Source: Elainellaceae cyanobacterium (GTDB taxonomy: Bacteria; Cyanobacteriota; Cyanobacteriia; CAZCXK01). From it: a DNA stretch of 16,522 bases. Below are positions 1 to 7,790 of this stretch, in pieces. The stretch is from contig JBNPEG010000058.1 in the NCBI GenBank assembly GCA_051117555.1, positions 31,124 to 47,645 of the forward strand. Reading direction: 5' to 3'. Each line of letters opens with the position of its first letter. Within the stretch, counting starts at the first letter, position 1. A model generated the notes under the pieces. The model did no database searches. It worked only from the letters and a program-made list of their open reading frames with translations, and had not been told where the DNA came from. The translations under genes and the position numbers were made by a program.

Positions 1-151
1 TCTGGTGGAGCGGTTCTGGATCAACATCCTGCAAAATTTTGGTGGTGTATTGGGTCGATTTCTGAAAATGCTTCTGAACGGCTTTGTAGGCATAGTGTCC
101 TAGCATTTCATTGTGAATTTGGTCATTGTGAATTTGGGTTGTGGTGGTCAT
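1..151 (-). CDS. CHAD-domain protein (polyphosphate-binding family), N-terminal part; truncated by the window edge
   Basis: Not in the ORF track. Manual translation from ATG at 151 (GAAGGTG just upstream) gives MTTTTQIHNDQIHNEMLGHYAYKAVQKHFQKSTQYTTKILQDVDPEPLHQ, open to base 1. LGxYAYxAxxKHF...DPExLHQ resembles the N-terminus of cyanobacterial CHAD proteins. Confidence 0.75.
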   Translation of the reverse strand, partial: MTTTTQIHNDQIHNEMLGHYAYKAVQKHFQKSTQYTTKILQDVDPEPLHQ

Positions 152-423
152 AGTCAACACCTTCTAGAAGCAGCATCAATGCCTGTTTTCTAATCAGCTC
201 TAGCCAAAACGCAGCCAGTTAACAGATAGCCAACAGATGTCTAAATCCATCCAAATTAAACCTTAGAGCATTTTGGAAAGGACTAAAGTTCTAACGTTGG
301 ATAGAGTTGTCTCATCCGTTCGATCGTGAACGTAAAGGTATAATCTTAACCTATGCTTAATCTTATGTGTGAGTTAAATCCAATTCGTTTGACCGCTGTC
401 GCTAATTGACTTAGCGCAGTGCT

Positions 424-768
424 GTAGGGTGCTGTTGGAATCGCCGTAACGCACCGGGTTCAAGAGTCTCAGCCTTGCTTTGAACTCGAAACTTGAAGCT
501 CTGAACTCGAAACTTGAAGCTCTGAACTCGAAACACGACGCTTTGAACTCGAAACTTGAAGCTCTGAACTCGAAACTTGAAGCTCTGAACTCGAAACACG
601 ACGCTTTGAACTCGAAACTTGAAGCTCTGAACCCGAAACTTGAAGCTCTGAACCCGAAACACGACGCTTTGAACTGAGAGCGTTTAAGGCTTGTTAAAAA
701 ATAACCTCATGGTGGTGCGTTGCTGACGCTTTAGCGTAGCCATGCCCGAAAGGCTATACACACCCTAC
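424..768. repeat. REPIN-like unit: two inverted GTAG-family REP-like palindromes flanking a tandem array
   Basis: Left GTAGGGTGCTGTT...TAACGCACC (424-455); right GGTGCGTTG...ACACACCCTAC (714-768). GTAGGGTG/CACCCTAC and AACGCACC/GGTGCGTT are reverse complements. Confidence 0.65.
481..675. repeat. Tandem repeat, 9 x 21 bp plus a partial unit, with 63-bp (A-A-B)x3 higher-order period
   Basis: A=TGAACTCGAAACTTGAAGCTC, B=TGAACTCGAAACACGACGCTT. Units start at 481, 502, 523(B), 544, 565, 586(B), 607, 628, 649(B). The last two carry a T>C change (TGAACCC). Confidence 0.97.
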
Positions 769-956
769 GGCTCAATCAAACCGTGACGTTGTTTCTTTAC
801 GGCCCCTTATCAGATATTGAGTCGTGGGGAGCCCTCGTATCCTCGTGCATTGCGCGGAGACATCCAAAAAATTCTATTTTCGTATACTCGCGGTCTTGCT
901 GTCTCAAGCACTCTCGTGCAGAATAATTCAGCACTACATTGGTTCGAGGAGTGATT

Positions 957-2666
<1,710 letters not shown>

Positions 2667-2676
2667 AACTCTGAAT

Positions 2677-2706
2677 CTTGGTGGCTGAAAGCCAAAAGCC
2701 ATCAGG
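2677..2706 (+). terminator. Stem-loop just after ureC, possible terminator between convergent genes
   Basis: CTTGGTGGCT pairs with AGCCATCAGG (10 bp, 2 G-U on the + strand). No immediate U-tract. Confidence 0.35.
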
Positions 2707-2767
2707 TATCAGCTTTTCTGAGTTCTAATCTGCCTTGATGTAACGGTTCCACCCCACTCTCAACGTT

Positions 2768-3271
2768 TCATCGACACTCCAACGAATCACGGGTTGATAT
2801 CCCCGTTGTTGGATTGATTCCGCTCGCTCTCTCACAAAGCTGCATCACTTCTTGTCGATCGAGCAACGCAAAGCTAAAGTCAGCTCCGGTAATCGTTGCA
2901 TCACGAAAGCGAGTTTGCAGAAGCATTGCTGACGTTAAAATCGCATCGCTGAGGTCAGCTCCAGAGAAATCACTAATATATGCAATGCCGTCACTAAAAT
3001 CAGCGGCGTGGAAATTTGCATTCTTCAATACTGAACCGTTGAATACTGCACCCCGCAAGTCGGCATGGCTGAAATCAGCTCCTTTCAAGTCACTATTGTT
3101 AAATTCGGCTTGGACTAGGCTTTCTCCGGCAAAGTCTTTCGTGTCAGCTTTAACATCGTCATAGGCACGGATCGCGGCAGAACTCGCTGCATAAGACGGG
3201 GGAGGAAAGAAGACCGCCACTGCAAAAAGAGCGATCGCCAAGCCAACAAACACTCGAAATATTCGCATCAT
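2768..3271 (-). CDS. Secreted (probably thylakoid-lumen) pentapeptide-repeat protein
   Basis: N-terminal signal peptide (MMRIFRVFVGLAIALFAVAVFFPPPSYA), A(D/N)(F/L)xx repeats (ADFSH ADLRG AVFNG...), and a C-terminal LC..ASGINPTTG.STRDSLEC Cys pair typical of Rfr32/TL17-like proteins. Confidence 0.92.
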   Translation of the reverse strand: MMRIFRVFVGLAIALFAVAVFFPPPSYAASSAAIRAYDDVKADTKDFAGESLVQAEFNNSDLKGADFSHADLRGAVFNGSVLKNANFHAADFSDGIAYISDFSGADLSDAILTSAMLLQTRFRDATITGADFSFALLDRQEVMQLCERASGINPTTGISTRDSLECR

Positions 3272-3326
3272 GATTTATGTGTCAAAAATTGACGATCAAT
3301 CATAATTTAACATTTCTTTGCGTTCT

Positions 3327-3407
3327 GAAAAGAAAAGAGTGAGGCGGTTATAAGAGCATCGCGGCTTTTTGCAGAGTAAACCACAAGCGTCTATAACCAC
3401 CGCTCAC
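3327..3407 (-). terminator. Long (about 69-nt) minus-strand hairpin followed by a U-rich tract; terminator or structured RNA end
   Basis: Minus-strand pairings GUGAG/CUCAC, GUGGUUAUA/UAUAACCGC and UUGUGGUUU/AAGCCGCGA include 4 G-U pairs, followed by UCUUUUCUUUU. Confidence 0.55.
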
Positions 3408-3408
3408 A

Positions 3409-3440
3409 CACAATTTACAAGCGATTTAGGATCGCTATAG
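3409..3440 (-). mobile_element. Single terminal segment of the same MITE-like family as 14281-14368
   Basis: Reverse complement CTATAGCGATCCTAAATCGCTTGTAAATTGTG is 31/32 identical to 14280-14311. Confidence 0.75.
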
Positions 3441-3457
3441 AAACAATAAACAGGCGT

Positions 3458-3481
3458 AAAAGAGGAGATTAAAACCTCCTC
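3458..3481 (-). terminator. Intrinsic terminator downstream of the 49-aa ORF
   Basis: Minus strand reads GAGGAGGTTTTAATCTCCTC (GAGGAG/CTCCTC stem) followed by TTTT. Confidence 0.55.
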
Positions 3482-3596
3482 CAGACAATTATTTTGACAT
3501 CCAATTTTCAATTCATCTCAAGCAAAAATTCAGACAGCTAATCGTCTGCTCTCCTCACCGGATAGCGCAATGATCTGGGCGATCGCCATCAGAAAA

Positions 3597-3746
3597 TTAA
3601 TCAGTGTGATGGGACGATTGTTCTGGATCTTGTTGATCTCGCTCATCACCGTGATCGTGAGAAGACGCCTTCTTCGTTGACTTGGATTCAAACGAATAGG
3701 GAGTTTCACAATTGATGGGATAGGGATATCGATTTTGATAAACCAT
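3597..3746 (-). CDS. Putative small protein, 49 aa, with His/Asp/Glu/Ser-rich C-terminal half
   Basis: Not in the ORF track (too short). GAGGTG lies 5 nt before ATG 3746. Translation MVYQNRYPYPINCETPYSFESKSTKKASSHDHGDERDQQDPEQSSHHTD*. A terminator-like hairpin lies about 115 nt downstream. Confidence 0.5.
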   Translation of the reverse strand: MVYQNRYPYPINCETPYSFESKSTKKASSHDHGDERDQQDPEQSSHHTD

Positions 3747-3924
3747 TTCGTCACCTCAACTCTGCTGGGTTAAATCGTTTAAAGAATATTCGTCCCGAAC
3801 AAGAATTAATTCTTAGGGAAGATGTTAGAAATTCCAGAAGACATAGTGCCAGTAAATGGTTATATCTTTTGGCGATTAAGTATTATCCGAGACTGTATTT
3901 TTAGGATTACAAAAATATCTGATT

Positions 3925-5025
3925 TCAAGGGTTGATTTTAATATTTCTTGTCACAATTGCCTGCAACCATTGCTCTACGCGATCGCCCATTGCCGCCAAC
4001 GAATAATGGGTTTCAGCATGATGACGGCAGGCATCACGGGAAATTTGATCGAGGTGAGTAATTGCTTCAGCAAGTTTTTCAATATTGTCAGGTTCGACCA
4101 GCCATCCGGTGATTCCGTCTTGGATAATTTCTGCAGGCCCCCCCCGTCGATACGCAATCACGGGAACTCCACACGCCAGGGCTTCCACCGCAACGTTGCC
4201 AAATGCCTCAACCCATTTAGGAGTCATTAATACGCCTTTACAGTGCCCCAACTCATGCTGAAGCTGGTGAGTCGGTAGGAACCCCTCATAGGTCACAGGC
4301 GCATCAGGAAAGGTTCGCTGGATAGTCTCCCAGTAAGCCTGATCGGGCATTGCCCCCCAGACTTTGAGCGGAATATTAACTTGTTGAGCGGCGGCGATCG
4401 CATCTTCAATTCCTTTTTCGGGCGCAATTCTACCAACCCACCCCAACTGATGCTTAGGCGTTTGGCGAAATTCATAGCGCGATAGGTCAAAGCCATTACC
4501 GAGACATCGACAGCGATCGCTAAAGGAGAACGTTGATGCTTGAGCTAAACTATGAACGCCAATCGTCTCTGGAAACTCTACAGAGACATGCTGGATGATA
4601 GAATCCATCGCGTTAGTCAGTGATCCCATGCTCACTAAATGAGCGATTGGGCGATCGAACCACGGTGTTAGATAGAAAGGCAACCAGTCATAGGCAAAAT
4701 TCAGCAGTAGGTCATACTCACCGTGTACCTGACGGGCATAATTCCACATATTGGCGAGGACAGAATTTGAAGGCAATGTAATCGGCGCATCTCGCCCCTG
4801 AGTTTGAGCGGTTATCTGCAATTCGCCTGGAATTTCAACGAGTGAAATATCAAAGACCGACCCCATCGGAGCCACAACCTGAATGTCATACCCTCGTTGA
4901 TAGAGCGCATGAGCTATATTTTCTAGGGTTAGTTCAACTCCACCGCCTAATCCCGACCCTAATGGACCCACAGGAGTCGAAAGAAATAGCAATCGACGGA
5001 CATCAGCACTCACATCAACTCTCAC
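3925..5025 (-). CDS. Glycosyltransferase family 4 (GT-B, RfaG/RfaB-like)
   Basis: N-terminal GGGVE, GRIAPEKG, and the E-x7-E motif EAFGNVAVEALACGVPV. Start is GTG 5025 or a nearby GTG. Confidence 0.93.
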   Translation of the reverse strand: MRVDVSADVRRLLFLSTPVGPLGSGLGGGVELTLENIAHALYQRGYDIQVVAPMGSVFDISLVEIPGELQITAQTQGRDAPITLPSNSVLANMWNYARQVHGEYDLLLNFAYDWLPFYLTPWFDRPIAHLVSMGSLTNAMDSIIQHVSVEFPETIGVHSLAQASTFSFSDRCRCLGNGFDLSRYEFRQTPKHQLGWVGRIAPEKGIEDAIAAAQQVNIPLKVWGAMPDQAYWETIQRTFPDAPVTYEGFLPTHQLQHELGHCKGVLMTPKWVEAFGNVAVEALACGVPVIAYRRGGPAEIIQDGITGWLVEPDNIEKLAEAITHLDQISRDACRHHAETHYSLAAMGDRVEQWLQAIVTRNIKINP

Positions 5026-5050
5026 AGTCGTTCCTCGTTAGATAATCAAC

Positions 5051-5683
5051 ATGGGCAATGATTATGCCATTCAAATCCTCCTCCAAGCAGAGGTAGCGCC
5101 GCTCGCTGAGTTGCTGAGAGTTCATGCCAGGATTCTACTTGGGTTTATCTCTATTCTTTGGATTCTCGAACTCACGGACACTCTGCTGCTAAAAGGCGCT
5201 CTTAATCGCTATGGCATCCGTCCTAGAAAGATTAAAGGGCTGTGGGGCATTCTTTGGGCTCCGCTACTGCACGGCAGTTTAAGGCACTTATCTGCCAACA
5301 CAGTTCCGCTGCTGGTGCTGGGTTGGTTTGTAATGTTGCAAAGCGTCCTCGATTTCATAAGCGTAACTGTCATCGTATGGCTCGTGAGCGGTCTCGGAGC
5401 GTGGATGTTTGGTGGACCGCGTTCTAACCATATTGGAGCGAGCGGTCTGGTGTTTGGGTATCTAGGATTTTTGCTGTTTCGAGGATATTTTGAGCGCAGT
5501 GTTTTGGCGATCGCCCTCGCTGTGATTGCGGGTGCGCTCTATGGCAGCGCAATTTGGGGAGTTTTACCGATTCGGCGTGGGCGATCGTGGCAAGGGCACT
5601 TGTTTGGATTAATCGGTGGAGCATTCGTGGCCCGTTTTTTACCCCAAATTCGACAGTGGATAGAGATCACGTTTGCTAGCTAG
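5051..5683 (+). CDS. Rhomboid-family intramembrane serine protease
   Basis: Several hydrophobic helices; LH...HLSAN, catalytic GASG (Ser) and SWQGHLFG (His). Confidence 0.93.
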   Translation: MGNDYAIQILLQAEVAPLAELLRVHARILLGFISILWILELTDTLLLKGALNRYGIRPRKIKGLWGILWAPLLHGSLRHLSANTVPLLVLGWFVMLQSVLDFISVTVIVWLVSGLGAWMFGGPRSNHIGASGLVFGYLGFLLFRGYFERSVLAIALAVIAGALYGSAIWGVLPIRRGRSWQGHLFGLIGGAFVARFLPQIRQWIEITFAS

Positions 5684-6329
5684 CGATCTGGGCAATGCGA
5701 TAGGCACAACGGCGATCGCCCGATAAGATATGCTCGGTTCGTTCAACGTGAACGGTGGGTCCCAAAATCGTATTGAAGACTTCAAGCTCTGAATGGCAGA
5801 ATTGCGAACACGCTTGAGCTGCTTGACAAATTGAACAGTGATTTTCAACCAGAAGCAGCGTATTGTCAGACTGCTCAATCACTTCTGCCATATAGCCCTC
5901 CCGACTGCGAATATCTGCAAGGCTAGAGACGCGATCGCGCCAGTCCTGATGATGAGACAGTTGAGCCGCATAGGCATGAATCTGTGCCTGAGTCCGACTC
6001 GCCAACAGAACATCGAGACCACTTTCTCCAAAAACCTTCACCATTTCTTGCATCAAGTTAGTCACCAAGTCAGCATGATTGTCTGGAAACAGGTGGTGTG
6101 CCTTGGGAGTAAGCTGCCACAGCTTAACCGGTCGTCCCATGGGTTGACGCTCCTCTTCATATGTCACCCATTGCTGAGACGATAGCGCCTGCAAATGCTG
6201 GCGAATCGCCATTGGTGAAACCCCCAAACTACCCGCCAAGTGAGTCGCAGTCTGAGGCCCTTGCATTTTGAGAAGATTCAGAATTTGGTCTTTTGCTCGG
6301 AATGGCTCGGTCTTTATAAACTGATTCAT
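5676..6329 (-). CDS. SufR-like (COG2345-type) HTH transcriptional regulator with Cys-rich putative Fe-S/metal-binding domain
   Basis: N-terminal wHTH (KDQILNLLK..LAGSLGVSPMAIRQHL..GRP); C-terminal ENHCSICQAAQACSQFCHSE...RRCAYRI (C-x12-C-x2-E...C). Start at ATG 6329 is preferred; 6359 is possible. Confidence 0.85.
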   Translation of the reverse strand: MNQFIKTEPFRAKDQILNLLKMQGPQTATHLAGSLGVSPMAIRQHLQALSSQQWVTYEEERQPMGRPVKLWQLTPKAHHLFPDNHADLVTNLMQEMVKVFGESGLDVLLASRTQAQIHAYAAQLSHHQDWRDRVSSLADIRSREGYMAEVIEQSDNTLLLVENHCSICQAAQACSQFCHSELEVFNTILGPTVHVERTEHILSGDRRCAYRIAQIAS

Positions 6330-6720
6330 GCTTCCGCAACGCAATTCGACATCCATCACCTCGCCAATTTAGACGAAGCAATATTGTTCGAATACTCCCT
6401 TGGGATGGTGTATCCGAATGGGGTAACCCTTAAACTTTATAGAGAATGCTTTATTTTAACCCCATCCCTCTGGAGGGGATTTGAACATTTAGCTAGCCCA
6501 TCATAGGCTTTTGATATAAGATACTATTAAAAGTCTAAATGACTATGTTGATGAATCAATCTCAATCTTTACCAGGTTGGTTTCTAGACTTGGGTGATTT
6601 GATTCGTTAGCGTTGGTTCATTTTGTCTTGTGCAGCCTTTAGGCTGACACATGAATAAATTATTGCTGGTAGAAATTTGTAACTGTTTCGTTTTTGTAGT
6701 CATTACAGATCATGAGGATT

Positions 6721-7176
6721 ATGTTCAACGTAATTACATCTAAGATTAAAGCCTGGTTTCCCGCTGAAACTGTTCACGCTCACTGCGATGGGCCCTGTGG
6801 AGTATACGATCCAGCGGCGGCTCGGATTGCAGCTGAAGCAGTCGTTTCTATGACCAAAAAGTTAGTTGATTTGGGCACGCCTGACACGGTTGAAAAAGCT
6901 AATACATTTTCCCGCTTTGTTGCAATCAAAGAAGAGCAAGCCCAAATCGCCAAGGATGAATTGCTCATCTTGTGGACTGACTACTTTAAGCCCGTTCACT
7001 TGGAGAAGTATCCTGACTTGCATGACACCTTTTGGAAAGCTGCAAAACTTTGCTCTGCATCTAAAGTAGAGGTCAGTCTTGAGCATGCTAATGAATTGAT
7101 GGAAGCTATCCATAAAATTCATAATATGTTTTGGGCAAGCAAAGAGCGTGACGTCAACTTCTACAAAGCAAGCTAG
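6721..7176 (+). CDS. sodN: Nickel-containing superoxide dismutase precursor
   Basis: A 20-aa leader (MFNVITSKIKAWFPAETVHA) precedes the Ni-hook HCDGPCGVYDP; ILWTDYFKP is present. GAGG lies before ATG 6721. Confidence 0.98.
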   Translation: MFNVITSKIKAWFPAETVHAHCDGPCGVYDPAAARIAAEAVVSMTKKLVDLGTPDTVEKANTFSRFVAIKEEQAQIAKDELLILWTDYFKPVHLEKYPDLHDTFWKAAKLCSASKVEVSLEHANELMEAIHKIHNMFWASKERDVNFYKAS

Positions 7177-7204
7177 AGTATCTCTGGCTTAGAGCTTAGT
7201 TGAG

Positions 7205-7230
7205 TAGGGTGTGATGGCGATCGCACCCTA
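7205..7230 (+). terminator. Stem-loop after sodN (REP-like, contains HIP1)
   Basis: TAGGGTGTGAT-GGCG-ATCGCACCCTA forms an 11-bp stem with one U-G on the + strand. The tail (TTGTAGTT) is weak. Confidence 0.55.
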
Positions 7231-7349
7231 TTGTAGTTCTATAAGCTTTGATTTACGTATGGAGTCCCTGCGCTGTATGGTTTTATCCACGCTCGGCGTA
7301 CTAACGTGAGAGCGTAAGGCTATAGTGTTTGAGTCATGTTTGAGTCAGT

Positions 7350-7739
7350 GTGAACTTGAAATTTGACCCGAATGCCGGAAGCATCTCAGGCGATTTAGCA
7401 ACGGTCAACTGGCGGGATGTGCTGCTGTGGCTGTTGCGGCGACGCCAACGATTTCGTGTGACCGGAATTTCTATGGTGCCGCTGCTTCGACCTGATGAAG
7501 AAGTTTTAGTAGACCTCAACGCTTATCGCCATGCGTCGCCTCGTCTAGGCGATATCGTTGTTGCAGAGCATCCCCATCGCCCTGGATTTCGGCTTATCAA
7601 ACGAATTGTGTCCATCGACGGCGATCATGGATACTATTTTCTAGAAGGGGATAATCGCTCAGAAAGTACTGATAGCCGTACATTTGGATCTGTTTCAGCG
7701 GCACATATTATCGGTCAAGTCACGAGCCGATTTTTCTAG
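7350..7739 (+). CDS. sodX: Ni-SOD maturation protease (peptidase S26 family)
   Basis: RVTGISMVP (Ser), LIKRI (Lys), LEGDN..STDSRTFG. Immediately downstream of sodN. The GTG start is uncertain. Confidence 0.93.
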   Translation: MNLKFDPNAGSISGDLATVNWRDVLLWLLRRRQRFRVTGISMVPLLRPDEEVLVDLNAYRHASPRLGDIVVAEHPHRPGFRLIKRIVSIDGDHGYYFLEGDNRSESTDSRTFGSVSAAHIIGQVTSRFF

Positions 7740-7790
7740 CGATCGCCCCAATTGAGTATCCTAGAACTAGAGCATTTTCTCTATAACCCT

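Noticed and set aside
339..344. TATAAT on the + strand
   Set aside because: No convincing -35, and it lies 600 bp from ureC; cannot be supported without TSS data.
481..675. CRISPR array
   Set aside because: The units are contiguous 21-mers with no unique spacers, and there are no cas genes in the window.
411..677. Heptad-repeat ORFs 480..677(+) (LNSKLEA)n and 411..662(-) (FRVQSFK)n
   Set aside because: The open frames follow from a stop-free 21-bp repeat. They have non-ATG starts and no clear RBS. A coiled-coil peptide cannot be fully excluded without Ribo-seq.
769..956. NtcA box upstream of ureC
   Set aside because: No GTA-N8-TAC found by eye; CCGTGA...TTACGG (781-802) has the wrong spacing.
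3530..3754. 74-aa ORF from the track (MTKWFIK...)
   Set aside because: Its GTG start is part of the SD (GAGGTG) of the overlapping 49-aa ATG frame, which is better supported. No recognisable motif.
5676..5683. Palindromic 8-bp overlap (CTAGCTAG) of convergent rhomboid and regulator stop codons
   Set aside because: Short convergent overlaps are common, and two opposed TAG codons give a palindrome trivially.
5676..6329. Naming the regulator sufR
   Set aside because: No suf operon is adjacent, and the Cys pattern differs from the cyanobacterial SufR C-x12-C-x13-C-x14-C, so it is likely a paralogue.
6391..6399. Second J-box-like word (GGGAGTATT, minus strand) upstream of the regulator
   Set aside because: Only a 7/9 match, which could easily arise by chance.
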